NCBI GenBank assembly: GCA_963803805.1
Contig: CAWDOD010000002.1
Span: forward strand, 1 to 64,000
Reading direction: 5' to 3'
DNA length: 64,000 nucleotides
Origin: an uncultured cyanobacterium
GTDB taxonomy: Bacteria; Cyanobacteriota; Cyanobacteriia; Cyanobacteriales; CAWCAG01
Position 1 is the first letter of the stretch. Each line of letters opens with the position of its first letter. Positions 1-10,535 of this stretch are shown here, piece after piece. The notes under the pieces were generated by a model, which made no database searches, was not told the origin of the DNA, and worked only from the letters and a program-made list of their open reading frames with translations. The position numbers were made by a program, and so were the translations under genes.

Positions 1-87
1 CCATCATCAGGAGAAGGAAAGGAACTTTGACCACCTAAAACAACATCATGAGAACCGGGTTGTTCGGACTTTTGAGATTCATTTCAT
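1..87 (-). CDS. Probable 5' end of a gene running off the left edge (apparent +1 indel just after the ATG)
   Basis: Minus frame reads NESQKSEQPGSHDVVLGGQSSFPSPDDG, resembling the QP-x-x-D-(A/V)VLGGQ N-terminal motif of cyanobacterial proteins. The ATG at 87 is one base out of frame. Confidence 0.35.
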
Positions 88-153
88 AGTGCATCTAAAT
101 ATTAATAAGCCGTTCAAAACTTACGGAAAACAAACACAATCCTAGCCCTAAAC

Positions 154-1944
154 TTAAAGAATTGGTGTCATACCAGGATTAGGTTGATTTGATGCTGTTG
201 CCCCAGAATAAATTACTCCTTGTTGGGCATCTAAAGTTAGAATTGCCCCTTCCCTAATCACCTCTGTCGCCTTCTTTACCCCAACAATTACCGGAACCCC
301 TAACCGCAAACCAATAATCGCCGCATGGCTAGTTAGGCTTTCTTCTTCGGTGATAATACCCCCTGCCTTACGAATCACCTCAATAAACTCGGCATTAGTA
401 GAAGGGGCTACTAAAATTTCTCCATTATTAAAGTTAGCAATTTCTTCCGGATAACGGATTACCCTTGCCAAACCACTCACAGAGCCTTCCCCAATACCAA
501 TACCTTGCCCTAATACAGAAGTGACAACTTCGACTTTAATTAAGTCAGTGGAACCAGAAACCCCTTGAAGAGTTCCTGCTGTCATCACTACCAAATCCCT
601 TTCTGAGAGCAGATTAAGCTCCTGTGCCACGTTAATCGCTGCTTGGAAGGTTTGCCCCGCCGAAGGAAGATCGAGAACTAACAGAGGCTTTACACCCCAA
701 ACTAACTGCAATTGTCGGGCTACATGGACGTGGGGTGTAACCGCTAAAATACGAGTTTGGGGTCGGAATTTAGAAACATTCCGGGCAGTAGCCCCACTTT
801 TAGTTAAAGTCATAATAGCTGCTGCATCCAACTCCGCCGCTATTTGACTCACTGCTTGGGAAATGGCATGGGTAATGGAACATCTGCGGGGGGTGTCTCT
901 TTTAGGGGGTATTTGTTCCTGTTCAATGCGGGCAGCAATTTTGGCCATTGTACCCACAGCTTCTACGGGATACTTACCCACCGCAGTTTCATTAGAAAGC
1001 ATTACCGCATCTGTACCATCGAGAATAGCATTGGCAACATCAGAAACTTCTGCGCGGGTAGGACGGGGATTATTTAACATACTGTCGAGCATTTGTGTTG
1101 CGGTGATGACAGGAATACCCAACTCATTGGCGGTGCGAATCAGACGCTTTTGTAAAATAGGAACGTCTTCCGCTGGCAACTCTACCCCCAAATCTCCCCT
1201 AGCTACCATTACCCCATCAGACAAAGAAAGGATAGCTTCCATTTGCTCAATGGCTTCATGTTTTTCAATTTTGACAATTACCGGAACAGATTTACCGGCA
1301 CTAGCGATTAATTCCTTAATTTCTAAAACATCTTGGGGATTGCAAACAAAACTCAAAGCAATCCAATCAACCCCTTGATCTAAACCAAAAGTTAAATCAG
1401 TACGATCTTTTTCCGTTAAAGCACGGACAGAAAGATAAACTCCAGGGAAGTTAACCCCTTTGTTGTCAGAAAGAACTCCTTCAACAACAACACGACAATG
1501 TAATTCCTTACGACTAATATCGACTTTTTCCACAAGCATTTCTACCTTGCCGTCGTCAAGGAGAATTTTTGCCCCTTCCGGAACTTCTTCTGCTATGGGT
1601 TCGTAGCTAACAAAGCCAATTTCTTTGGTACAGGGAACTTGGCGACTGGTGATGATATAGGGATCACCTTTTTTTAATTGAATTGGGCCATCTTCAAACT
1701 TACCTAAGCGAATTTTTGGTCCTTGTAAATCCTGAAGAATACCCACAGGAGTATTCAATTCAAAAGCAGTCTGGCGAATTAAGCGTATACTACGCTGGTG
1801 ATCTTCGTGAGTTCCGTGGGAAAAGTTGAGCCGCAAAGTAGTTGCCCCGGCTTCAATAAGCCTACGAAGCACTTCTGGCTTAGCTGTAGCAGGGCCAATG
1901 GTGGCAACTATCTTTGTCCGATGCAGCAAGTTTTGCGGTGGCAT
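154..1944 (-). CDS. pyk: Pyruvate kinase with C-terminal PEP-utiliser (swivel) domain
   Basis: RTKIVATIGPA, RLNFSHG, DLQGPKIR, MVARGDLGVE, DGTDAVMLS; C-terminal TEEESLTSHAAI. Confidence 0.97.
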   Translation of the reverse strand: MPPQNLLHRTKIVATIGPATAKPEVLRRLIEAGATTLRLNFSHGTHEDHQRSIRLIRQTAFELNTPVGILQDLQGPKIRLGKFEDGPIQLKKGDPYIITSRQVPCTKEIGFVSYEPIAEEVPEGAKILLDDGKVEMLVEKVDISRKELHCRVVVEGVLSDNKGVNFPGVYLSVRALTEKDRTDLTFGLDQGVDWIALSFVCNPQDVLEIKELIASAGKSVPVIVKIEKHEAIEQMEAILSLSDGVMVARGDLGVELPAEDVPILQKRLIRTANELGIPVITATQMLDSMLNNPRPTRAEVSDVANAILDGTDAVMLSNETAVGKYPVEAVGTMAKIAARIEQEQIPPKRDTPRRCSITHAISQAVSQIAAELDAAAIMTLTKSGATARNVSKFRPQTRILAVTPHVHVARQLQLVWGVKPLLVLDLPSAGQTFQAAINVAQELNLLSERDLVVMTAGTLQGVSGSTDLIKVEVVTSVLGQGIGIGEGSVSGLARVIRYPEEIANFNNGEILVAPSTNAEFIEVIRKAGGIITEEESLTSHAAIIGLRLGVPVIVGVKKATEVIREGAILTLDAQQGVIYSGATASNQPNPGMTPIL

Positions 1945-2181
1945 ATTTAATAGCAGAAGGCTGGGGTATGAAAGCTGAAGGATAACAAACTTAGAGGAAA
2001 ATCACCAAAGGTATTTTTCCCATACAATTGGCTATCCTCTCATAGATAAGGATTTATCGCTATAGTTGATGGCTAATCTCATTTCTCAAGGGCTTTGATC
2101 TGAAAGAGAAACGAGTCTGCTACAAGTTGATTATTGCTTAAGTTTATTGTTAGGGGGATATTAAGGAGTTGATGGGGAAAG

Positions 2182-3917
2182 TTATTCAGGAGGTTCAAAA
2201 CGACAAATAGATTGTGGTTTAACTGGGCAAGTTTTGTTAGTAAGCTTCGGATTTCCCCATAGGTAAAGGCGAGTTAAATTAGTAGAGAAGACAAAGGGGT
2301 TATATCATCTATTTTGTTCCCCGCAGTCCAAGCCAAGGCAAATTGGTCAGAGAAGACAAAGGGGTTATGTCCTTTATTTCATTGAACCCCAGGTCAAGCC
2401 CATTCAAATTAGTCAGAGCAGCAACAGGAGTTATATCTTCTATTTGATTTCCTTCCAGGTTAAGAGAAGTTAAATTAGTTAGAGAAGCAATAGGAGTTAT
2501 ATCCTTTATTTCATTCACCCCCAGGTTAAGCGCAGTTAAATTAGTCATAGAAGTAATAGGAGTTATATCTTCTATCTCATTTTCATCTAGGTCAAGCTGA
2601 GTCAAATTAGTCAGAGAAGCTAAAGGGGTTATATCTTCTATTCCGTTTCCCTCCAGGTTAAGCGAAGTTAAATTAGTTAGAGACGCAACAGGAGTTATAT
2701 CCTCTATTTACCATTTCCCTCCAAGTCAAGCCAAGTCAAATTAGCTAGAGAAGCAACAGGAGTGATATCTTCTATTTCATTCAACCCCAGGTCAAGCCAA
2801 GTCAAATTAGCTAGAGAAGCAACAGGAGTGATATCTTCTATCTCATTTTCATCTAGGTTAAGCTCAGTCAAATTAGCTAGAGAAGCAACAGGAGTGATAT
2901 CTTCTATCTCATTTTCATCTAGGTTAAGCTCAGTCAAATTAGTTAGAGTTCCAATAGGAGCAATATCTTCTATCTCATTTTCATCTAGGTTAAGCTCAGT
3001 CAAATTAGTCAGAGAAGCAACAGGAGTGATATCTTCTATTCCGTTTCCCTCCAAGTAAAGCTTAGTCAGATTAGTTAGAGCAGCAACAGGAGTGATATCT
3101 TTTATTTCATTTTCCCCCAGCTCAAGCACAGTCAAATTAGTTAGAGTTGCCAATAGGAGTGATATCTTCTATTTCATTTTCCTCTAGGTCAAGCTCAGTC
3201 AAATTAGTCAGAGAAGACAAAAGGGTTATATCCTTTATTTGATTTTCTCGCAGGTAAGAGCCAAGTCAAATTAGTCAAAGAAGACAAAGGGGTTATATCC
3301 TTTATTTCATTGAACCCCAGTTCAAGCCAAGTCAAATTAGTTAGAGAAGTAACAGGGGTTATGTCCTCTATTTCATTCAACCCTAGTCCAAGCTCAGTTA
3401 AATTAGTGAGTGAAGCAACAGGGCTTATATCCTCTATTTGATTTCCCTGTAGGCCGAGCCTAGTTAAATTAGTTAGAGTTGCAACAGGAGTTATGTCCTT
3501 TATTTCATTTGACCACAGGTCAAGCTCAGTTAAATTAGTTAGAGTTGCAACAGGAGTTATGTCCTCTATTTCATTTACCCATAGGTAAAGCCCAGTCAAA
3601 TTAGTGAGTGAAGACAAAGGGGCTATATCCTTTAATTGATTTCTCCCCAGGCCAAGCTTAGTAAGACTTGTTAACTCTCTCTGGGCAAGCTGACAATCTT
3701 CAGTTTCAACTTTCTTCAACAACACCTCAACGGTATGTCGTGCCGCCTCAGTTAAATCCTCTCGATTTTCGCACCATTCGGCAAAGCTCTCAAACTGCTG
3801 TACTTCGGCCCCTGCTTGATGCCAACTACCACCGACACCTAAAGCAATAATTGCATAGATAAAGCTCGTTGTAGACATCCCTACTCCCCAGCACCGACTT
3901 TGTTTGTTACTTCTCAT
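2182..3917 (-). pseudogene. Secreted internalin-like leucine-rich-repeat protein, about 22 LRRs, broken by 5 indels (pseudogene or consensus error)
   Basis: ORFs 3204-3917, 2704-3153 and 2309-2605 are one 22-aa repeat (LTxLxLxxNxIxDITPxxxLTN). Signal-like N-terminus, Cys N-cap FAEWC..C. The C-cap LYLWGNPKLTNKTCPVKPQSICRFEPPE* ends at 2182. Indels near 3258, 3151, 2710, 2316 and 2284. Confidence 0.85.
2240..3670. repeat. 66-bp coding tandem repeat array (LRR units)
   Basis: Recurring gtcaaattagt/caggagtgatatcttctat units at 66-bp period; units around 2810-3005 are nearly identical. Confidence 0.9.
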
Positions 3918-3961
3918 CTGCCAACTCCTTAACTCAAGGACATTTTATTACATGGCAAGAA

Positions 3962-4043
3962 GCGATCGCGCTCCGCGTACCACTCCTTGGCGATACCTAC
4001 GGTGGGCTTCTCCTTCCACCAGACGCTACGCGAATGCCTACGT
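3962..4043. repeat. HIP1-associated nested short dispersed repeats
   Basis: GCGATCGC, then GCTCCGCGTACCACTCCTTG, then GCGATACCTACGGTGGGCT[TCTCCTTCCACCAGACGCTACGCGA]ATGCCTACG. GC-rich modules resembling cyanobacterial SDR elements. Confidence 0.55.
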
Positions 4044-4297
4044 ATTCTCAATTCTATCAATCGTGAAAAGCTGAACTATAACTTTTCTTCGCCACTAGAT
4101 GGCCTAACACAGACAAAACCATCTCAAATAGCTCATTAGGGTTATTTGTGCATCCAATAGCACCATGTTGGCGTGCTTCTGCAATGTGTCGTGGCTCTTT
4201 TGAGCTAGCGTAAACGATAAAGCCCAAAGTTCATCAATGCTAGTGTGAAGATAAAGGGGTTATTTCTTCTATAAACAGAAAACAGAGAGTTTTGGGG

Positions 4298-4513
4298 TTA
4301 GTTTTCTTCTAAACAACGCAAACAAACACGAAACAAAGCTATAACTGTAAGAATTTCTACAGTTAATTGAAACGGTAAAGGAGTTGCAATTAAACCACAA
4401 ACCAAAAGTACTGCTCCCACGGCTGCTGCGGTGAGACGATAAACTTCTTCGCGGGTTTTCAATCCTAACCAAATAAATCCTAAACCGACTATCAAGAAAA
4501 TTATGTAAGTCAT
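4298..4513 (-). CDS. Small membrane protein, hypothetical
   Basis: 71 aa, ATG start, 2-3 hydrophobic segments. Confidence 0.65.
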   Translation of the reverse strand: MTYIIFLIVGLGFIWLGLKTREEVYRLTAAAVGAVLLVCGLIATPLPFQLTVEILTVIALFRVCLRCLEEN

Positions 4514-4555
4514 AGATTTAAACTTTACTTATTTACAGCTATTACATCTAAAATA

Positions 4556-5356
4556 ATGCCAGATTATAAACAACAAGTAATTGATTTTTTTAATAAAAGG
4601 ACTGCTTATGATGCAGAAAGCGAGAAGCATCCTAGAGAAGCAAAACGCTTGTTAGAATTAGTTCCTATCATCTCTGGACAAACAATTCTTGATATTGCTA
4701 CTGGTACAGGTTTGGTTGCTATTGGTGCAGCCCAAAAAGTAACTCGGAAAGGCTCGGTAGTTGGTGTTGATATGTCACCAGGAATGTTGCATCAAGCCCA
4801 AAATAAAATCATAACAGAGGGATTAGATAACATTGAATTGATTGCTGGGGATATAGAATTAATCAATTTTAATGCAGAACAATTTGATATTATATTTTGT
4901 TGCTCTGCTATTACTTATATTACTAATATTCCTACAATCCTTAAGCGCTGCCATACCTGGTTAAAAACTGGAGGATATTTTGCTTTCACCTGTCCTTATA
5001 AAACCGCTTATATGGCACAGATAAAAGTTAAAATATGTCAGGATTTATGGGGAATTGATTTACCTCATATCAATCAACCTCTATGGACTCCTGAACAATG
5101 TCGTCTTCTTTTAAATAAATCTGGTTTTGAAGATATTGTAATTGAGATTGATCATACTGGCAAATATGTTAATAACGATTATGTTTCTGCCTGGGACAGG
5201 TGGGATTTTTATCCTAGAGGTAATCCTTTAATTAATTTATCTTCAGAGCAAAAAGCAAAACTACAAGAGGCATATAAAAAAGCGATCGCAGAATTAGTCA
5301 CTGCACAAGGAGTTTGGCAAGATTCTACTACTTTGTATGTGAAAGCCTGTAAGTAA
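4556..5356 (+). CDS. Class I SAM-dependent methyltransferase (UbiE-like)
   Basis: ILDIATGTG motif I, VGVDMSPGML, FDIIFC. Confidence 0.9.
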   Translation: MPDYKQQVIDFFNKRTAYDAESEKHPREAKRLLELVPIISGQTILDIATGTGLVAIGAAQKVTRKGSVVGVDMSPGMLHQAQNKIITEGLDNIELIAGDIELINFNAEQFDIIFCCSAITYITNIPTILKRCHTWLKTGGYFAFTCPYKTAYMAQIKVKICQDLWGIDLPHINQPLWTPEQCRLLLNKSGFEDIVIEIDHTGKYVNNDYVSAWDRWDFYPRGNPLINLSSEQKAKLQEAYKKAIAELVTAQGVWQDSTTLYVKACK

Positions 5357-5539
5357 CTAAATCAAGTCAAGATTATTGTTATGAGCAAAATCGAGAATAG
5401 CTTCAGCTTGTTTAATTAGTTCGTTAGCATCATCTTACTTAAGGATAAAGCTTCGCTTTAGCTTCTTGAGTAAGCATAGTTTTCTATTACAATTTTATTT
5501 TAATTATCATATAGTAATCGAAAAGGAAAAACTTCTCTA

Positions 5540-6574
5540 TCAGCTTACTTTTAGAACTTCTTCTCTTGCTTCTTTAGAGCTATTATGTAAAGGTGTAAAT
5601 AAATATTCCCAACAAAATAAAGAATAACCATAATTATAGTTTTTCACCACTGATACTTGTTCAGCTATTTCTGTTAAAGACTTTCTCTGTCGAGGATTTC
5701 CTGTATAAATTCCTACTGCTACTGGAACATATTGACTTGCTATATTTATTCCTGAATTAGTTATATTATTAGCTACGTCTGTAGCTGTTAGTCGATAAAT
5801 CTGAACGATAATTTCATCTACTAATTTTTCTTTCACCCAACCAAGCCAATCTTGATTGTAATTTTTCAAGGCAAAATAATAGGAATTGGGGGAAACGGAA
5901 ATAGTGAGATTGCTATTTACTTTCCTAACTGCTTGTAGCACTTTTCTAGTAAGATTGGTCATTTCTGCTTGATAATCTCCAAATGCTTGAGGAATGCCCC
6001 AATGATCATCTAATTGAATTCCAGACAATTCAGGATATTTTGTTGCTACTTCTGTTAATAAATTAAGCCAATACTTTTCGACTTCTGGATGAGCTGGATT
6101 GAGCCAGAGGTTATTATTAATTAACTGAGTTCCATCCTCTGTGGTTAAAAGCCAATCTGGATGTTGTTTCCCTAACTGCTCATTTTGATTAAGCATCATC
6201 CCATATTCATACCAAGCATAAATTTTTAAACCTTGGCGTTTTCCTTGTTGAATTGCTGTTTTTAATGGATCTGTTTTAGGGAAGGTTACTTGGTAATTTC
6301 TGATACCATATTCACTAGGATAAATTGTTCCTTTATTATAAACTGAGATATAAACTCGATTAAAATTGAGAGTGGATAAGCGATGAAATACGTTATCTAT
6401 TGTCGTTGTATAAGTTAAAAAAGAATTTCCTAAATGAGTTAACCAAACTCCTTTTATTAAGTTGCTAGGTTGGGGCTGATGGGGAGGAGCAATATTTGCC
6501 AAGTTCAATATTATTGCTGTCAAGACTGTAATTAAGCCTAATTTAACTAGTTTTTCTAGTTTTTTTTGAAACAT
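5540..6574 (-). CDS. Glycoside hydrolase-like family 10 (GHL10/DUF187) protein
   Basis: IKGVWLT, AWYEYG, WLNPAHPEV, GIQLDDH, QDWLGW; N-terminal signal/TM segment. Confidence 0.85.
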   Translation of the reverse strand: MFQKKLEKLVKLGLITVLTAIILNLANIAPPHQPQPSNLIKGVWLTHLGNSFLTYTTTIDNVFHRLSTLNFNRVYISVYNKGTIYPSEYGIRNYQVTFPKTDPLKTAIQQGKRQGLKIYAWYEYGMMLNQNEQLGKQHPDWLLTTEDGTQLINNNLWLNPAHPEVEKYWLNLLTEVATKYPELSGIQLDDHWGIPQAFGDYQAEMTNLTRKVLQAVRKVNSNLTISVSPNSYYFALKNYNQDWLGWVKEKLVDEIIVQIYRLTATDVANNITNSGINIASQYVPVAVGIYTGNPRQRKSLTEIAEQVSVVKNYNYGYSLFCWEYLFTPLHNSSKEAREEVLKVS

Positions 6575-6603
6575 AATTTAGTTGAGTTAATTATTCCAAA
6601 AAA

Positions 6604-7923
6604 TTACAGCGTAAATTCAGCGAAATCTCCTGATATATTCGTATTTTTATGGTTGCTGTTAGCTTGTTGAAACTCAGAACTATAAATTAATTCCTGGAAA
6701 GAAAGTTGTGAATTTTGTTGTAGTATATTAAGGACACTAATAAAATCCCTAACCACTTCCCTTGGCGTAGAAAGTTTTTCTGCTCCTAAACGCTGCTTCA
6801 CTGCTTGTTTAAACTCTTCTATTTGAGTTTTTGTAATACTCTTTTGATATTTATAATGAATGCTATGAACAGAAGCTAGCCTTTGTAAAAGTTGGTCTAA
6901 CTCTTCAGTATTTAAAGCCTCTAAACTAATAACCGGAGCGGAATTATCTTGTAATCCTTCCTTAACAAAACGGCTTTTAGCTAAGCGAGTGCGCCATGCT
7001 TCATCACTATAAAGCCCCCGGCGACTATCCTCAATAAAAGTTGGAGTTCCCCCAATCACAATACTCAAATGTTCTGCTTTCCCTTGCATCACATCATTAA
7101 AAATAGCGAGTAATTTATCATAATTACTTTGGCGAGAACGGGTATGGGAGATTTTGTATAAATGAACTGTTTCATCTAATAAAACAATCAGCCCTTTATA
7201 ACCAATATCAAAGCAAAATTGAGCAAATAATTTAATATAATCGTACCAAGTATCATCATCAATAATCACCTTTACCCCTAAAGCTTGTTTAGCTTCGGTT
7301 TTAGTAGTAAATTCCCCTCTTAGCCAACGTAAAGCCGCATCTTGTTTATCGCTATCATCTTCTCGATAACCACGCCAATAAGCAATAATCACATTAGCAA
7401 AATCAAAGCCGTGAACTAAACCTTCTAAATTATCAACAACTTCCCGAATTCTCACCTCAACTCGCTCATCAAAATCATCTTCCCCAGGATGCTTACCTGT
7501 AGATTGGGCAACCTGAGATAAAATCGAACTGAGCCACTTTTCTAAAATTAGGGTGATCGCCCCACCATTAGGATTAGTACGAGTAGCTAAATTCTTCATC
7601 AATTCCCGATAGGTAGCTAAAGCTTGATTTTTGCTTCCTGCTAAACGTCTTTCTGCCGAAATATCTCCATCAGCAACCACAAAACCTTTTTCCATAGCTT
7701 GGTTACGCAAAAGCTGTAGCAAAAAGCTTTTCCCTGCCCCATAACGCCCTACCACAAAGCGAAAAGCTGCCCCTCCTTCCCCGACATTTTCCAAATCTTG
7801 AGCTAAAGCAGCTACTTCTTTATCCCTACCCACCGCAATATGTTCTAAGCCAATTCGCGGTACAACTCCTGCTGCCAAAGCATTAAGGAGGGCTGTTGAT
7901 ACCCGTTTGGAAACTTTCTGCAT
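6604..7923 (-). CDS. DUF2791 P-loop ATPase (Shango SngB / BrxD-like)
   Basis: LAAGVVPRIGL..IAVGR, Walker A GRYGAGKS, ALRWLRGE, Walker B LIVLLDE, TPREVVRDF. Confidence 0.85.
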   Translation of the reverse strand: MQKVSKRVSTALLNALAAGVVPRIGLEHIAVGRDKEVAALAQDLENVGEGGAAFRFVVGRYGAGKSFLLQLLRNQAMEKGFVVADGDISAERRLAGSKNQALATYRELMKNLATRTNPNGGAITLILEKWLSSILSQVAQSTGKHPGEDDFDERVEVRIREVVDNLEGLVHGFDFANVIIAYWRGYREDDSDKQDAALRWLRGEFTTKTEAKQALGVKVIIDDDTWYDYIKLFAQFCFDIGYKGLIVLLDETVHLYKISHTRSRQSNYDKLLAIFNDVMQGKAEHLSIVIGGTPTFIEDSRRGLYSDEAWRTRLAKSRFVKEGLQDNSAPVISLEALNTEELDQLLQRLASVHSIHYKYQKSITKTQIEEFKQAVKQRLGAEKLSTPREVVRDFISVLNILQQNSQLSFQELIYSSEFQQANSNHKNTNISGDFAEFTL

Positions 7924-7988
7924 TGTTATTGTTATCTATACTTAAGAATTATTAGACTAAACCAAAGTTTGTTTACTTGGTGCATTTT

Positions 7989-9035
7989 ATGAGTTCTTCA
8001 AATTCTACACCTGCCTCCCCCCAAATGCCTCCTCAAGCTAAAATGATGCAAATGGTAACAGGATGTTGGCTTTCTCAATGTATCTATGTTGCCGCAAAAC
8101 TGAATTTAGCGGATCTCCTTAAAGATGGTTCTCGCTCTTGCGACAATTTAGCAGAGGCTACAGGAACTAACAGTAATGCCCTTTATCGTTTACTCCGAGC
8201 TTTAGCTAGTGTAGATATTTTTGCTGAAACAGAACCGCGACATTTTCAACTTACCCCTTTAGCTGCTACTTTACAAAGCGATAGTTCTAACTCCCTCAAA
8301 AGTTTTGCTCTTCTGATTGGAGGAGAAGGTTATCAAATGTGGGGTGAACTTCCCTACAGTGTTGAGACAGGAAAAGAAGCCTATACAAAGCAACGCGGTA
8401 TGCCTTTGTTTGCTTACTACCAAGAAAATCCGCAAGCAGCAGCAATATTCAATCAAGCCATGACAAATTTGTCGGCTTTAGAGCAAGCGGCTGTTGTAGA
8501 AGCTTATGATTTCACAGGCATTAACAAATTGGTTGACGTAGCTGGAGGTTGTGGTAGTCAGCTTGCTACTATTCTGCAAGCTTATCCTCAAATGCAGGGA
8601 ATATTGCTGGATCTCCCGGAAGTTATCGCCCCAGCCGAAGCTTTCTTGACAGAAAAAGCAGTAAGCGATCGCACTCAATTAGTTCCTGGAAATTTCTTTG
8701 AGGAAATCCCTCTAGGGGGAGATGCTTACATCCTCAAACATATTATCCATGACTGGGAAGATCCTGAAGCACTTACCATCCTCAAACGTTGTCATGAAGC
8801 AATGCCAGAAGGAGGGCGTTTATTAATCATTGAGGAAATAATTCCCCCTGGCAACCAAACTTCCACAACCAAATTCTGGGACTTAACGATGTTAATCATG
8901 TGTGGTGGCAAAGAAAGAACGGCTCAAGAGTACCGTGAATTACTCAAAGCAGCTAATTTTGAATTAAATCGCATCGTACCGACAAAATCAAATGTTAACG
9001 TGATTGAGGCGATATCAATGAGCAATGATCATTGA
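7989..9035 (+). CDS. O-methyltransferase (Methyltransf_2 with dimerisation domain)
   Basis: LVDVAGGCG, GNFFE, YILKHIIHDW, GGKERT; ATG at 7989 preferred over TTG at 7977. Confidence 0.92.
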   Translation: MSSSNSTPASPQMPPQAKMMQMVTGCWLSQCIYVAAKLNLADLLKDGSRSCDNLAEATGTNSNALYRLLRALASVDIFAETEPRHFQLTPLAATLQSDSSNSLKSFALLIGGEGYQMWGELPYSVETGKEAYTKQRGMPLFAYYQENPQAAAIFNQAMTNLSALEQAAVVEAYDFTGINKLVDVAGGCGSQLATILQAYPQMQGILLDLPEVIAPAEAFLTEKAVSDRTQLVPGNFFEEIPLGGDAYILKHIIHDWEDPEALTILKRCHEAMPEGGRLLIIEEIIPPGNQTSTTKFWDLTMLIMCGGKERTAQEYRELLKAANFELNRIVPTKSNVNVIEAISMSNDH

Positions 9036-9104
9036 TCAGTGATGTCTATAACAACGGTAAAACTTACAATTAGCAACTAGCCATTAGCCATTAGCAAATT
9101 AACA

Positions 9105-9554
9105 ATGAACAACCCCAAGTTACCAGTAATTGGTTGGCGAGAATTTCTCGCCTTACCAGAATTAGGTATTGAGCAAATTAAAGCTAAAATTGATACCGGG
9201 GCGCGTTCCTCTGCTCTCCATGCTTTTGACATTGAAACCTTTGAACGAGATGGTAAGCAGCAAGTTCGTTTTAAAGTACATCCTCATCAAAAAGATACTC
9301 AGTATGTTGTAAGTGCAGAAGCAGAAATCTTAGATAGACGAGAAGTACGCAATTCCGGAGGCAAAGCGGAATCACGCATTTTTATTGAAACAACTGTAGA
9401 ACTAGGGGGGCATAGCTGGGCTGTAGAATTAACTTTAACTAACCGCGATAACATGGGTTTCCGGATGTTATTAGGTCGTCAAGGGGTGCGTAGCAGGTTC
9501 TTAGTCGATGCAGATAATTCCTTTATCCAAAGCAACCAAGGAATGAAAAAATAA
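9105..9554 (+). CDS. RimK-associated retropepsin-like protease (PF05618, RimB-like)
   Basis: IGWRE, AKIDTGARSSALHA, MLLGR. Confidence 0.9.
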   Translation: MNNPKLPVIGWREFLALPELGIEQIKAKIDTGARSSALHAFDIETFERDGKQQVRFKVHPHQKDTQYVVSAEAEILDRREVRNSGGKAESRIFIETTVELGGHSWAVELTLTNRDNMGFRMLLGRQGVRSRFLVDADNSFIQSNQGMKK

Positions 9555-9577
9555 AAGCACCCGATAGGAAATAACTA

Positions 9578-10483
9578 GTGAAAATAGCAATTTTATCTCA
9601 GGATAGCTCTCTTTATTCCACAAGGCGTTTAAAGGAAGCTGGAGAAACACAAGGACATGAAATAAAGGTGGTCAATTACTTACGCTGTTATATGAATATA
9701 ACCTCCCACCGACCAACAGTAATGTATCAAGGACAGCCTTTAGAAAACTTTGATGCGGTGATTCCTCGCATTGGTGCATCTAAAACTTTTTATGGCACTG
9801 CGGTAGTTAGACAGTTTGAAGTTATGGGGGTTTTTAGTACTAATGAATCCCAAGCAATTTCCCGTTCCCGCGACAAGCTGCGTTGTTTGCAGATTTTAGC
9901 TAAAGATGGTATAGGCTTGCCAGTAACCGGTTTTGCCCATGCTACCCAAGATATTGATGGCTTAATTGAAACTGTAGGGGGCGCACCTTTAGTCATTAAA
10001 TTATTAGAAGGAACCCAAGGTATCGGGGTAGTCTTAGCAGAAACCACCCAAGCCGCTAAATCTGTAATAGAAGCTTTTCGGGGTTTGGATGCCAACATTT
10101 TGGTACAAGAATACATTAAAGAAGCCGGAGGAGCAGATTTACGCTGCTTTGTAGTTGGCAACAAAGTTATTGCCTCCATGAAGCGTCAAGGGGCAAAGGG
10201 AGAATTTCGTTCTAACCTGCATCGCGGTGGAAATGCAGAAAAGATTAAACTCACTCCAGAAGAACGTAGTACAGCGATTAGGGCAGCTAAAGCAATGGGT
10301 TTAAGGGTAGCAGGAGTAGACTTATTGCGTTCTAATCATGGCCCTGTCGTCATGGAAGTTAACTCGTCTCCGGGATTAGAAGGCATTGAAAAAGCTACTG
10401 AGGTTAATGTTGCCGGGAAAATTATTGAATATGTTAGCAAGAGTGCTATTCCAGGAGCAAATCGCGATCGCATTAAATATTAA
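9578..10483 (+). CDS. rimK: ATP-grasp alpha-L-glutamate ligase RimK
   Basis: [45 protein letters not shown]. Confidence 0.95.
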   Translation: MKIAILSQDSSLYSTRRLKEAGETQGHEIKVVNYLRCYMNITSHRPTVMYQGQPLENFDAVIPRIGASKTFYGTAVVRQFEVMGVFSTNESQAISRSRDKLRCLQILAKDGIGLPVTGFAHATQDIDGLIETVGGAPLVIKLLEGTQGIGVVLAETTQAAKSVIEAFRGLDANILVQEYIKEAGGADLRCFVVGNKVIASMKRQGAKGEFRSNLHRGGNAEKIKLTPEERSTAIRAAKAMGLRVAGVDLLRSNHGPVVMEVNSSPGLEGIEKATEVNVAGKIIEYVSKSAIPGANRDRIKY

Positions 10484-10535
10484 ATATCAGGGAACGAGAA
10501 GTAGTGAGGAGCGCTAATTTACAAGCAATAAGTAA

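Noticed and set aside
1335..1355. Pyk SFVC instead of the usual SFVR (likewise MutS RDCTF instead of RDGTF)
   Set aside because: Single substitutions in a sequence with evident consensus errors; not interpretable without reads.
844..1378. + strand ORFs inside pyk, and similar antisense or overlapping ORFs throughout the track (e.g. 2762-3058, 9790-10179, 13772-14155, 16257-16568, 62956-63228)
   Set aside because: Shadow frames of well-supported genes, with no motifs of their own.
2240..3670. Regular repeat array as a CRISPR array or DGR template/variable region
   Set aside because: The 66-bp period is in-frame LRR coding with no unique spacers, no cas or reverse transcriptase genes, and no evident adenine-specific variation.
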